From a virus (taxonomy: Duplodnaviria > Caudoviricetes): a stretch of DNA of 64,000 nucleotides. The translations under genes and the position numbers were made by a program. The stretch lies in the IMG/VR virus record IMGVR_UViG_3300042452_000698, positions 24,531 to 88,530 of that record; one strand, written 5' to 3'. This document shows positions 38,576-49,600 of this stretch, one piece after another (position 1 is the stretch's first letter; every line of letters begins with the position of its first letter). Under the pieces are notes generated by a model. It saw nothing but the letters and a program-made list of their open reading frames with translations, was not told the origin of the DNA and did not search any database.

Positions 38576-39057
38576 TATATTCTTTTCCACAAGCATGAAA
38601 AATATCTATTTTGTCTTAATCCCATTGGGGAATGTTCGCCGTATCTTTCAAATCTAAATTCTTTTAATTGTTTTATTCCTTCGTGTACAATAAGTGCTTT
38701 AGCTTGTAATACTTTTGTTAAATCAGACATAAAACCAATTGTTTGTATTGATCCGTCTGGAACCTTTATTGTGTCTGTAACATTCGTCCATTGTCTTGGA
38801 TCCCAATAAACTTTTAACTTAATTGGTGTTAAAACTTCTACCTCTTTAATTATTTTTTGTGATCTTTCATAGTCGCCACCACGATTTCTATGAGCATTAA
38901 TAGATCCTTTTTCTGGTATGTTATTATTCGGAATAGTAACTATTTCTTCTATTTTATTAATAGAAACTAATTGGCAGTTTACACCAAAAATATCAAAGGT
39001 TGAATCTATAACATCATAATATTTTTCGAAAACGCTTTCTGGAACTATAATTGGCAT
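38575..39057 (-). CDS. Head closure/stopper-like protein
   Basis: Likely start MPIIVP at 39057 (TAATG overlap). Short beta-barrel-type ORF ending YFSCLWKRI; position fits a stopper. Confidence 0.45.
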   Translation of the reverse strand: MPIIVPESVFEKYYDVIDSTFDIFGVNCQLVSINKIEEIVTIPNNNIPEKGSINAHRNRGGDYERSQKIIKEVEVLTPIKLKVYWDPRQWTNVTDTIKVPDGSIQTIGFMSDLTKVLQAKALIVHEGIKQLKEFRFERYGEHSPMGLRQNRYFSCLWKRI

Positions 39058-39557
39058 TATATCCACCCTAGTTCTTCTATTGTTAAAGCTTCTTTTGTTT
39101 CGTAAACTCTTTGCGCGTAAGTTTTGCTTAATAAAGTTCTTGCTTGTCCATATTGTAGCATTAAAGATGTTAAGTCTTGTAGATTAAGTGCGTGAGAATT
39201 TCCCTCTGTGTCAATAATAAAGATGTCTTCTGTTATTCCTAGTTCGGCAGCTTCTTTCGAAAGAGTGAATATTCCTGTTAATAATGTTATATCTTCAGTA
39301 TTTAATCCAAGCTTCCACCCGTAGGGCGTTTCCCAGCCTTGGTTTATAACATTTTTCCACCAAATATCTATTTCTTGTAACTTTTTAAGTTTTGCACTTT
39401 CCAATGGCCATCCAGCTAGAACATAAAAAATTTGAGTAGCCTGTTCTTCTGTTGGCTGTTCTATGTATGTAATAATATATTGTTTTGACTCTGGATCAAA
39501 TTGTATTCCACTTATGGGTAAAATTTGATTTATTTTTTCGTGTAGATAATTTAGCAT
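39057..39557 (-). CDS. Fibre-associated chaperone-like protein (DUF4376-like)
   Basis: IIDTEGNSHALNLQDLTSLMLQYG...A.TIEEL pattern; follows the RCC1 fibre genes. Confidence 0.5.
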   Translation of the reverse strand: MLNYLHEKINQILPISGIQFDPESKQYIITYIEQPTEEQATQIFYVLAGWPLESAKLKKLQEIDIWWKNVINQGWETPYGWKLGLNTEDITLLTGIFTLSKEAAELGITEDIFIIDTEGNSHALNLQDLTSLMLQYGQARTLLSKTYAQRVYETKEALTIEELGWI

Positions 39558-39806
39558 TTAGCATCTCCACTCTGCTTGTATACCACCAAAATCAGTAGTA
39601 TTATTAGAACTAAATACGTTTGCAACACCGGCAGAAACATACTCCACAGGATAATATTCATTAAATCCAGCCGATGGGTCATCAATATAAAAACTCACTA
39701 ATTGAATCTGGGAGCCGTTATCTGTTGAAACTTTTTGGATAATACTGTCAGAACTTGGAGTATTAACACTATTTTTTGCTATTCCTAAAGAATATGATAT
39801 TGACAT
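39558..39806 (-). CDS. Small hypothetical protein
   Basis: 82-aa ORF tightly packed after the RCC1 fibre gene. Confidence 0.5.
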   Translation of the reverse strand: MSISYSLGIAKNSVNTPSSDSIIQKVSTDNGSQIQLVSFYIDDPSAGFNEYYPVEYVSAGVANVFSSNNTTDFGGIQAEWRC

Positions 39807-39810
39807 ATAA

Positions 39811-42594
39811 TTACCTTATTATAAGTGAGTGATAAATTCCTGCGGCTACTGAGGAAACATTGCTTAGTGGAACTAGTGTTGGAACTTGTTTAGTTGATGC
39901 ATCATTTAATCCTAATTGACCATAAGAATTATTTCCCCATGCGTATAAGTCGCCATTGGTTTTTATAGCATAACTACTCCATCCTTTTGCTGCTATTTTA
40001 GCAACGCCCGTCATAATAGAAATAAAAACATTGCTAGAAAGAGTGCTATTATTACCAAGTTGATAAAATTGATTTCTTCCACATGCCCATAATTCTCCCG
40101 TATTATCTAATAGTAGCGTATGAGATGTTCCGCAGGCGGCTTGTACAAAAAATCGTGATGGAAAAGGCGTTGCTGTATATACAGATAAGTTTTGTAGAAT
40201 TATATAATTATTACTAGTAGCATTGTTAAAAAAGCCATACCCTAGTTCTCCATACGTATTATTTCCACCCCAAGAAAGAACTTTTCCAGTGTCTGTTAAC
40301 AATATAGTATGATTTGGTCCAGCAAAAACTTTTACAGGTGTTCCTGCTCCAATTGGCATGTATGAAGATAAATTATTTGGACCAATAACAGAACCTCCAG
40401 AAATTACATTAGGAAATATTTTCAAATTATTACTATTTCCCCATCCCCAAAGTGTTCCATCGTTTTTTATTCCAATAGTATGGAATTGACCAGCGGCTAC
40501 ATCAGACCAAAGTTCTGTTATATTTTGTACAAGAGCTAGATTATATGTAGTGGCTGGATTGTTTAATCCTAATTGATAATTATCGTTTCTTCCACATGCC
40601 AATAGAATATCGTCACTTTTAATTAAAAATAAGTTTTCATTTCCACAAATAATCTTTTTACAATTAATTGTTTCTAATTGTGGAGAAGATGCTGTAGTTG
40701 TGTTTCCAGTACTTAATTGTCCATATTCATTTCTACCCCAAGTATAAAGAGTTTTATTAGCGTCGTTTAGTATGGCAGCAGAAAAATAATCCCCAGCAGC
40801 AACTTGAAACCAATTCAAAGCGCTAATTGATGTATAAATAGTTCTTTGTAAAACTCCAGTGCCATTGCCAAGTTGTTCACTATCATCTTGGCCGGTTGAG
40901 TATAAATTATTTAACGATGGAGCTAAAGTTGTTGTGGTTGTAGTAGTGGTTGTTGTTCCCGGCCCAACAGTTGTTGTGGTTGTTGTTGTTGTGGTAGTGG
41001 TTGTTGCGGTAATAGATCCATCTCCAGCGTATACTAATCCAGCTTTTACATCAATATTTTCTTTATATTCTGGAATATCTGCTCCACCATAAACAAGATT
41101 AATAGCCGACTTAATATTTCTAACTGGTCGCCAAGAATTTGTAGAATATGTCCAGCTATAATTTCCAACATCTGCTTTTAATCGCTTAGAAACTCTATTA
41201 TGAGCGTTCCAAACAAATCTATTAGAGCTACTATCTTCTGTGGTTGATGAGCTTGTTGTTCTAATAGTTCCTAAATATCTTTTTGTTAAATCAGAAGCTT
41301 TGCATAGAACGCCATCTTTTAGTGTTAGATTTTCTGATCTAGTATTGCTATTTGTCCAAGCGGCACCAAGCTGAATAACAAGATTGCCACCATCTAAATA
41401 TCCAAATATATCATAATTTGTGCTACTACCAAGAGCAGATAATGTTATAGATTTTTGCGTAAAAGATACACTTTGCCAAGTTGATCCATTGTATAAAGCA
41501 ATTTTATTAGAAGTCGATGATAATGGACCGTAATAAACTATTGATTTTCCAACTTGGTCTGATGTTGAAACTGGGACTCCGCTTTCTAGTGTTAATCTTC
41601 CTTGAACAATATCTGATGTTGCTTGGGTTGTAATTGAAGAAACAATGCCAGAAACCGTAGTTATGTCGGCTCTTAAAACGCCAGAAACAGCATCTATCTT
41701 AGTATTTAATGCGCCAGAAACTGTAGTTATATTAGTAATCGCTGTAAAGATTTTGTTATTTAGTATACCAGAAACATTAACTAATTCTGGAAGATCTTCA
41801 AGCGTTAACTGTCTAAAAGATGGATATCCGGGAGAACACGGTGGTGTGCATCCGCTTGGAGGTCCAGCAAATACAAAGCCTGCATTTTGCTTTTTAAATA
41901 AAATATATTGATTAGCGACACCGCTTAATGCTAGAACAGCATTTGAGCCAGTTAGTTCTCCAAGCAATGAATTATCGTAAGCATATTGATCTAGTCTATT
42001 TTTTTCGTAGTGAGTTGTTTGTCTTCCGCCCAAATAATCGTTTTGTGGTGGAAAATATATACCAGAAGATCCAACTATTATTCCAGAAGTTTTTATTAAA
42101 GATGAATCTGCCGAACCACCAAGATCTATACCGTATTCTGGATTAGACTTATTTATTCCTAAATATCCATTTTCATCATCCCACACAAGAGCATAATCAC
42201 AATTTAGAGTATTAGAAGATTTCCAATATGCTAAACCGCTAGCTTGTGGAACATTTAGTCCAGATAATCCAGAGCCAGTATGAACAGAGTGCGTAGCTGG
42301 ATATGTTACATAAACTTCTTTAACGCCTTCATTAAAACTTATCTTAGCGTTATTGTTGCTGCTTCTAAATGGGAATCGTTTAATAGAGAATCCACTTATT
42401 CCACTATTGAATATTCCAGAACCAACTTCGTAGGCGGTTCCATTAGTAGCGGCATAAAACAATAAATTATTATTATTGTAAGCTGAAGAAAATGAACTAA
42501 ATCCCTGTGCTGCGCCGACTAAGGAAAAATCGCCAGTACCTATTGTGTAGGTAGTTTCTTTTATTCTGTCAGAAAGATATACAATATCTGCCAT
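39811..42594 (-). CDS. Fibre protein with C-terminal RCC1/BLIP-II beta-propeller
   Basis: N-terminal DRIKETT.T.GTG structural module, then VSG repeats and a poly-Thr linker. Repeats of VAAG..H(S/T)......G.LY.WG.N.YGQLG follow. Confidence 0.85.
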   Translation of the reverse strand: MADIVYLSDRIKETTYTIGTGDFSLVGAAQGFSSFSSAYNNNNLLFYAATNGTAYEVGSGIFNSGISGFSIKRFPFRSSNNNAKISFNEGVKEVYVTYPATHSVHTGSGLSGLNVPQASGLAYWKSSNTLNCDYALVWDDENGYLGINKSNPEYGIDLGGSADSSLIKTSGIIVGSSGIYFPPQNDYLGGRQTTHYEKNRLDQYAYDNSLLGELTGSNAVLALSGVANQYILFKKQNAGFVFAGPPSGCTPPCSPGYPSFRQLTLEDLPELVNVSGILNNKIFTAITNITTVSGALNTKIDAVSGVLRADITTVSGIVSSITTQATSDIVQGRLTLESGVPVSTSDQVGKSIVYYGPLSSTSNKIALYNGSTWQSVSFTQKSITLSALGSSTNYDIFGYLDGGNLVIQLGAAWTNSNTRSENLTLKDGVLCKASDLTKRYLGTIRTTSSSTTEDSSSNRFVWNAHNRVSKRLKADVGNYSWTYSTNSWRPVRNIKSAINLVYGGADIPEYKENIDVKAGLVYAGDGSITATTTTTTTTTTTTVGPGTTTTTTTTTTLAPSLNNLYSTGQDDSEQLGNGTGVLQRTIYTSISALNWFQVAAGDYFSAAILNDANKTLYTWGRNEYGQLSTGNTTTASSPQLETINCKKIICGNENLFLIKSDDILLACGRNDNYQLGLNNPATTYNLALVQNITELWSDVAAGQFHTIGIKNDGTLWGWGNSNNLKIFPNVISGGSVIGPNNLSSYMPIGAGTPVKVFAGPNHTILLTDTGKVLSWGGNNTYGELGYGFFNNATSNNYIILQNLSVYTATPFPSRFFVQAACGTSHTLLLDNTGELWACGRNQFYQLGNNSTLSSNVFISIMTGVAKIAAKGWSSYAIKTNGDLYAWGNNSYGQLGLNDASTKQVPTLVPLSNVSSVAAGIYHSLIIR

Positions 42595-42608
42595 GTGTTT
42601 CTCTCCTA

Positions 42609-43544
42609 TTAGTTAATGATTGTTGGAGGAACACCGCTTGTAGCGCCCTTGCTTCTTCCAAAAACAACAAGATCGTTTACCTTGGCATCAACATAATTAC
42701 CTTCTGAATTTAGAACGTAAAAGGTTATGCTTCTTAATGTTGTTGCGTCATCACCAATTCTTTTTACAAGACCAACTACGTTTCTATCAAAATCTTCACC
42801 TTCGTCATTATCATTTCTAGCATTACTAGAGCCAATAGCTACATAGTTATTATTTTCTAAAACGCCAGAAACGAAAGTTATCTTAAATTTGCCGGGACTT
42901 CCAGAAACTCTTTCGATTTGCTTAACATTAAAAGAATCTCTTACTTCGATATTTCCACTGCCACTAAAATTAATCCATGCTCTTGCTGTGCCTTTTGCTG
43001 AATCAAAGCTTGAATTATCAGAGTTAAATACTACTTTTGTTTGTGATCCAAGCTTAACATTTTCAGCTATGCCAGAAAGATGCTCAAAACTAATTCCTCT
43101 ATTGTTACTGCTAACTAATGTTGAGCCACTAGAATTAATCCAGTTATTTTTAAGTCCAAGATTATTCTCCATAGCTCTGGAGCCATTTATATTAAGATAT
43201 TGGGTGTGTGGATCTCCAAAAGCTAGATTGGCTAATGAATTATGTTGTACTCCAGTTGCTCCGGGATATGCTTCATATTGAACAGATCCTCCAGCGTTTG
43301 GAAAAATAATACCAGATTCAGCCACAAATGAGCCAAATTGACCATTTCTTATTTTTGCTCTTACATTACTTCCAGTAAATGGAGTTGTGGCATCAAAGTT
43401 GCCACTAGCAACAATTTGATTAATAGAATCAACTATATCTTCCATATTATGCCTAACATCATAAGCTGATATAAGTCCAGCATTATTGTCAGACAATTCT
43501 GATTGAATATTAGCTTTAATTTGGTCTTTTGATAATATAGACAT
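42609..43544 (-). CDS. Fibre/structural protein
   Basis: N-terminus paralogous to 50661-53822. C-terminal ARAWINFSG.G.I..RDSFNV..I domain is common at phage fibre C-termini. Confidence 0.6.
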   Translation of the reverse strand: MSILSKDQIKANIQSELSDNNAGLISAYDVRHNMEDIVDSINQIVASGNFDATTPFTGSNVRAKIRNGQFGSFVAESGIIFPNAGGSVQYEAYPGATGVQHNSLANLAFGDPHTQYLNINGSRAMENNLGLKNNWINSSGSTLVSSNNRGISFEHLSGIAENVKLGSQTKVVFNSDNSSFDSAKGTARAWINFSGSGNIEVRDSFNVKQIERVSGSPGKFKITFVSGVLENNNYVAIGSSNARNDNDEGEDFDRNVVGLVKRIGDDATTLRSITFYVLNSEGNYVDAKVNDLVVFGRSKGATSGVPPTIIN

Positions 43545-43555
43545 TTAATCCTCCA

Positions 43556-44074
43556 TTAGTATGTAAAATATCCGCCCCTAGAGTCATATTGATTGTATGA
43601 TCTACTTGCAAATTCACTTCCGGGGCTATATGGACCAAGTATTGCTTGTCCAGTATCTCCAGTAAATTTATAATCATTGGCCATAGATTCGTATTTACCA
43701 CATATATCATTATATAAAACAGATAATGTGGATGTTACGCCTCTTAAGTCTATAGAAGAAGGACCATCTTTTATAGATATGGCATTTCCAGCCTCTGTTT
43801 TTATCTCACTACCTATAATAATACACGCTGTTTTAAGAGAAACTAGATTAATGAAGGCATTGTCTCTTGTGGCTGAAAGCGTGGGATCTGGATCTAAAAT
43901 CCCCCCATAAATATCAATATTATATATATTTTTAAAATCTAGCTCCATAGAAACAAGCTGGGATGCCACTAGGATTGTTGTTTCTAGCCTAGAATCTGAA
44001 TATCTGTATTTAGATGAGTCTGTATCATCTATTATATGTCTAACGATTATTGCTATTTCATTTTGCCAAGACAT
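43556..44074 (-). CDS. Head-tail connector/adaptor protein
   Basis: MSWQ..IA.IVRHII.D.D...Y.YSD..L pattern; ISIKDGPSSID; helical; position fits an adaptor. Confidence 0.65.
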   Translation of the reverse strand: MSWQNEIAIIVRHIIDDTDSSKYRYSDSRLETTILVASQLVSMELDFKNIYNIDIYGGILDPDPTLSATRDNAFINLVSLKTACIIIGSEIKTEAGNAISIKDGPSSIDLRGVTSTLSVLYNDICGKYESMANDYKFTGDTGQAILGPYSPGSEFASRSYNQYDSRGGYFTY

Positions 44075-44107
44075 AATATATCCTTTTTATGAAAATACTA
44101 ACTAATT

Positions 44108-44113
44108 ATACAC
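44108..44113 (-). promoter_or_regulatory. Putative late promoter motif GTGTAT (copy 3)
   Basis: AGTGTATAATTAGTTAG, about 34 nt upstream of the ATG at 44074. Confidence 0.55.
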
Positions 44114-44137
44114 TTGTTTTTATTAATTCTTATGCGG

Positions 44138-46666
44138 TTAAACTGTTGAAAGTCCATCCCCAACACTATTAGCATTTACGCAAGTTGGGGAATTATTAGA
44201 TTGAGTAGCGTATAGCCAATATCCACTATTAGTTCCATTGCCTTTATAGAAAGCTGCCTTGTACCATTCGTCTCTAGTAGGAATCCAATATGCCGCATTA
44301 CTATTTTTAGCTACTCTATTAAGACCATTCATTGTGTATGCACCAGTTTCTGTTGTGGTATTATTTTGTAGACCTGTTGGCTTACCATTATGCAACCAAT
44401 TGCAATATCTTGCGGCCCTCAACCAAGTTATATATATAACTGGTTTTCTGTGCATATTGGCTTTAACGCTATAACTATAGTTTCCATTAGATCCAGATCT
44501 TGAGATACCACCACCAACAGTATCATTCATGCCAGTACTATATAAACTATAAGTATCAGTTTTTGCTATACTATTTAAAAATTCTGCATATTCACTATTA
44601 GTAATCTCATATTTATTTATTAAATAATTATAAGATACACTGCCAAATCCATTAGTATTAGCAGCATTGTTTATATCTCCAACTGTAACAAAAGAATTTA
44701 AACCCAATGGATTTGACATACTTGCAATACGAAATCCAACAAGACTGCTTGCATTATTTACACCAATAACATTTACTGAATCGCTAACACTAGAACTCAA
44801 GCTGGTAACAGGATTAGCGTAGTTTCCTCCGTATATTCGCGTACTATTGTCTATTAATGGAGGATCACACAATTCAGAAACATTACCATTTTGGTCATAT
44901 GTACCATAGTAACTGGTTCGTCCGTTTGTGCCTACCGTTGTAATATTTGGACCTCCACCCCACACGGCGCAATTATTAAAATTAGCCGAACTTTGTAACG
45001 GTGGTAAAGTGGTGGTAGTGCTGGTAGTAGTGGTTGTTGTAGTGGTTGTTGTAGTGGTTGTGGTTGTCGTTGTGGTTGTTGTAGAAATTATTTCTAAAAT
45101 AGAAATTGTTACTGCACAAAAACCAGTACTAGTATTAAAAGGTGAAGACTGAATCCCATTGGAAAATACTGCTGGAAAATTATTTTTTATACCTAATAAA
45201 GTAAATTTAAGTACTGCCACTTCTCCTTCTCCTAAAAGTCCAGCATGAATAGCGGCTGTTGGAAAATAGCTATTATATGTATATCCATAGTTATTATCTC
45301 CACTAATAGCATCTCCATAATTACCAGTTACAACGCCGGTAAAATATGATCCATAATTTGTCAATGATTGTATACCCCTATTAGGATTAGTATTAAAAAC
45401 AAGAAATGATGCATTACATGGTGATAAAGTTGTTGTAGTAGTGGTGGTAGTGGTTGTTGGACAACAAATTGAAGTACTGAACTCTCCATCAAAATAAACC
45501 CACGGACCAACAAGGAGTGGTTCTGCTGATATGTTTAAATCGATAGATAATGCTCTAATTCTAAAAGAAAATGGTCCAGTATAACTATAATTTATATTTG
45601 CTGTCTTATCTCTTATATAAAATGTTATTTCAAATTTGCCACTTGCATCAAATGGATAAATTGATATATCAATACCTTGGCCATCAACATACCTTATCGG
45701 ATCTCCCTCTGGTATAGAAGTATCAAACATATCAATTTCATAATGAGTTGTGCATCCAAAATATGTTCCCGGATCTATTTCAGATTCGTACCATGTTAGT
45801 TTAACTCTAGCTAAATTATTAGTATTATCATTTTCAACCTGTTGACCATCAATAAGTATTTGCGAACAAGGTGTGCCACATGTAGCAACTAAGTCAACTG
45901 GAGAAATTAAACAAGCTGGGTCTAGTGTTGTAGTGGTTGTTGTGGTTGTTGTCGTAGTCGTTGTTGTAGTAGTTGGTTCTTCGGTAGTTGTTGTAGGAGA
46001 ATAAGTATAAAGCTTAATAGCGCATGATGGAGAATCTTTAGAAAGAGATTGTATATATGTATTATTTGATGAAATATATGCTACGGTAGATGGAAAATTG
46101 TTTTTTGTGCCTAAAAAATTAAAATATATAAAACCAGTTTCTCCCGGCTTAAGTAATCCTGCATGAACAACAGCAACGCTAAAATCACTTTCAAGTGCAT
46201 ATCCATATTCATTATCGCCATATATAACATCTAAATCTCTTGCAACCATAGAGTTAGCCATTGCGTTATCAACTATCGCAACAACATTTCCTGCAATATA
46301 AGAATTTTCAGCTATGGTAATACCATACAAAGTAGTTTTACTATTAGCTAAAAAGCTAGAAAAACTACATAATATTGGATTTGGGGTAGTTGTTGTTGTA
46401 GACGGCGGTGGTTGTGTGGTTGTTACAATGCAGTTACAAAATGGGGTACTTAAATTATAAACTATATTTTTAGGAGTAAATCTTCCAAGAACGTCTTGCA
46501 TAGAAACGGTAACGCTATATGAGGTTTTGCAAATATTAGGTTCTTCCAATGAGAAATATAGCTCATTGTTTAGTATTTTAAAAAACTGTGCATCACTACC
46601 TAATAGCTTTAATATGTAGGAGCCGCATCCATCATTAGATATATTTATAGTTGCTACTTTTCTCAT
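44138..46666 (-). CDS. Modular adhesin-like virion protein: 2x LCCL-like domains, poly-Thr linkers and an FGE/SUMF1 (C-lectin fold) domain
   Basis: YGDNEYGYALESDFSVAVVHAGLL and SGDNNYGYTYNSYFPTAAIHAGLL are LCCL-like. YGTYDQNGNV, VGFRIA, KYEITNSEYAEFLN, KPV..ITW..AARYCNWL and IPTRDEWYKAA are FGE-like. Confidence 0.75.
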   Translation of the reverse strand: MRKVATINISNDGCGSYILKLLGSDAQFFKILNNELYFSLEEPNICKTSYSVTVSMQDVLGRFTPKNIVYNLSTPFCNCIVTTTQPPPSTTTTTPNPILCSFSSFLANSKTTLYGITIAENSYIAGNVVAIVDNAMANSMVARDLDVIYGDNEYGYALESDFSVAVVHAGLLKPGETGFIYFNFLGTKNNFPSTVAYISSNNTYIQSLSKDSPSCAIKLYTYSPTTTTEEPTTTTTTTTTTTTTTTTLDPACLISPVDLVATCGTPCSQILIDGQQVENDNTNNLARVKLTWYESEIDPGTYFGCTTHYEIDMFDTSIPEGDPIRYVDGQGIDISIYPFDASGKFEITFYIRDKTANINYSYTGPFSFRIRALSIDLNISAEPLLVGPWVYFDGEFSTSICCPTTTTTTTTTTLSPCNASFLVFNTNPNRGIQSLTNYGSYFTGVVTGNYGDAISGDNNYGYTYNSYFPTAAIHAGLLGEGEVAVLKFTLLGIKNNFPAVFSNGIQSSPFNTSTGFCAVTISILEIISTTTTTTTTTTTTTTTTTTTTSTTTTLPPLQSSANFNNCAVWGGGPNITTVGTNGRTSYYGTYDQNGNVSELCDPPLIDNSTRIYGGNYANPVTSLSSSVSDSVNVIGVNNASSLVGFRIASMSNPLGLNSFVTVGDINNAANTNGFGSVSYNYLINKYEITNSEYAEFLNSIAKTDTYSLYSTGMNDTVGGGISRSGSNGNYSYSVKANMHRKPVIYITWLRAARYCNWLHNGKPTGLQNNTTTETGAYTMNGLNRVAKNSNAAYWIPTRDEWYKAAFYKGNGTNSGYWLYATQSNNSPTCVNANSVGDGLSTV

Positions 46667-49600
46667 GAGAATCTATAATCTCCTACGGGCGCTTGGCATG
46701 TGTTATTATCGTATAGAAGTACGGACCCTATTGTATCTGTTAACGACCCACCATACGGAGAATACTCTGCATAATCTACTACCATAGAAAGAATTGTTCC
46801 GCTACTGTCGATAGAATCAACATATATATGACCAACTGAAGGAGTAGCTAAAGCATTGACTCCATCTTCTTGAGAGGTAAAATCAATAATAATATAGTCT
46901 CCAATGCTATACCCAACGCCGCCATCAATAATATTTATTCCAGATACTGAATATAAATTTCTTAGTTTAGGTATTGCGTTGCAAGTGTTGCTTATGTTTC
47001 TTCCGTAATAAATTTCTGATGTATAATCAAGCGTACTACTCCACACTCCATATCTATCTGGTAAAATATTGAACACTGGCTCTAATATAGCATTTACTCC
47101 GGTTGTTGGTGGATTAATTTGTGCAAAGTTATCAAATGTAATTATTGGGTTTTGTGGCTCGTTGCTATCAACATAAATAATACCTAATGCTCCAACATTT
47201 GTAGTTACGTTTCCGCTGGTAGTAATAGAAATAGTTTGTCCATCTACATATCCACTACCGGGATGATTTATATTAATACTAAGAACCTTATAGTATTCTT
47301 CATTTATATCGCATTGTTTTCTTCTAATTATTTCTGGGGATAATAATGCTCCAGAACCTCCACCATTAATCGAAATATTAAAAGTTGGATATATTCCTGT
47401 AATTCCAGAAACACAGTTAGTATCATTATAATAATAATTAATTGGTTTAATATTGCTATTTAAACATCTAAAATTAACATTCTCTATAGAGTCAGTTAAT
47501 GATCCCATGTACTGTCCAGATACCAGCACATCGATTAATGTAATATTGCCATTAGCTCCTACGGTGTTAACAACCGATGTGCTGCTGTAACCTCCATTTT
47601 GTCTTACCCTTCCGAATGGATAAGAACCGTCACCAGAAGGGAAAGTAATTTCTATTATATCATTAACATTATAACCCGATCCGCCATTAATAATATTCCA
47701 TCCGCTTACTCTGTAGAGATTACGACCAATTCCATCGACATAAAAACCACTAATTTCACATGATCTTGCTACATCTATACCAATATACTGCCATAATGGA
47801 GACAAAATAGCTCCTCCATTCTTTGGATCAAAGGTTCCGCTATCTAATATTTCAATAATTTCATTTGTGGGTTCCGAAGTATTCATGAAAGCTCTAGCAT
47901 AAATATTTTCTGTATTACATCCATATAGACTTAAAATTTCTGTATCTTGCTGAGATAAAGAGATATTTATTGGCTGACATTCACTATATCCTGTTCCCCC
48001 ATTTACAACCTTGATATTCGCTAAAGACCAAGATGTTAAAGCAAGGCCATTATTATCTAATCCACCAATAATCTCAGTATATTCTGGCTCAAAAGTTGCT
48101 CCATTGCCAGCACCGGAGACAGATATACTTAATGTTGGCTTAGTTCTACAGTTTTGATTTACATCATCACGATCAACTATCCACCCTTCCGCTAGCCACA
48201 CCAAGCAATCATCGCTAACGTCCCAGCTAGCAGAAGCCCCTAGATTAGATAGAATATTTGTTTCAATCATTTGTCCTTCTGAACAACCATTTATTGGTGT
48301 TCCATTTATGTTTCCGCCGGTGCCATTATTGTCTCCAATAACATAAAAGTATGTTCCACACCTAGCTGGAGATCTTGGAAAGAGTGGCCCATAGGTAGAA
48401 CACCCTAGTTTTAAATGAACCTCATATTGTCCAGTTGGATCTATTCCAGAAACTACTAAAGTATATGCTCCTTGACCTCCAATTGTGCTTGGAGGACTTG
48501 CTGCTCCACACGCATTTTGAGGAGATGCTGGTATACTTGTTCCATAAGGATGTGTCCAGCCTTGGCCAGTGCCAGTATTTCTTGTTCCAGCCCCAAAAAT
48601 TGAAACACAGTTTGGAGAATTCGTTCTTATTATTGCTGACTTTGGTTTATTGTCAGTGTTAATAATTATATTTTGACCATTATATAAAACATTATTTTGT
48701 ATAGCTACGTTACTATATGCTTGTGGGCCAACAATTCCTAATCCTTTAATAGTTATTTGTTCTGGCGTTGTGCAGTCTGAGAAGAATATATGACTGTTTT
48801 TATCTCCTTCGTTCCAGCAAGTCCATCCACCACTTCCTGCAATATAAATTCCACTAACACCATCTCCAACTGGGCATTGTCCACAGCATTCACAGTTGGA
48901 TAAATCGTCTGCGGTCCATTCATATACGGGAGGTTTATTGCAATCACATGGCTGTAATATATTACCAGTTAATCGGGGATTTGTAGCACATGGTATAGAT
49001 ATTGATAAAACTTCCCACTTTTCATCGCATGAAGATATTCCGCTATATTTAACATCTGGATTACATCTATATATTGCTCCAACCGTGTCTCCACAACCAA
49101 TAGTTCCATTAGCCTCAAATAAATTTGGTCCAATTTTATAAAATGGTACGCTATATATACTGTTATCGCAAGCAAATTCTATATACTGATCTTTTCCATC
49201 CCAATCACAGCAATCGTCACAAGTATATTCCAGTTCGTCAACTTCATTTGGAAGAACACAGCTATTAAATAATACAACTGTATTTCCTCTTACATTAGCT
49301 GTTAAAACTACCCAAGTTACTCCTTGATGGCAAACAGGATCTAAACATTCTAATTTTATTGATGATCCATTTCTTAGCAAGGTAACATCTGGGACATTAA
49401 AACTAAATGTGGCATCAATATCTTGACCATTTGGAAGATTATTAAGTGATATTGGTTGGGCGTTTATTGTTAGCCCTTCAGTTATTAATTTTGGGAGAAA
49501 GTCTGTTCTGTTACAAACGTGTCCACCGCTACATTTTGTTCCAAGCGGGCCAACTCCCGGTATATTTACAGTGTCAAAAGAATTTCTATAAAATGCATAT

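Noticed and set aside
44138-45000. Diversity-generating retroelement target (the FGE/C-lectin fold is a common DGR target)
   Set aside because: No reverse transcriptase, avd gene or near-identical template repeat with adenine-specific mismatches was seen in the window, and the usual variable segment is internal because of the permutation.
40859-45152. Poly-Val + strand ORFs, or the GTT/GTG repeats as a CRISPR or VNTR array
   Set aside because: They are the reverse complement of the poly-Thr linkers and lack a repeat-spacer structure.
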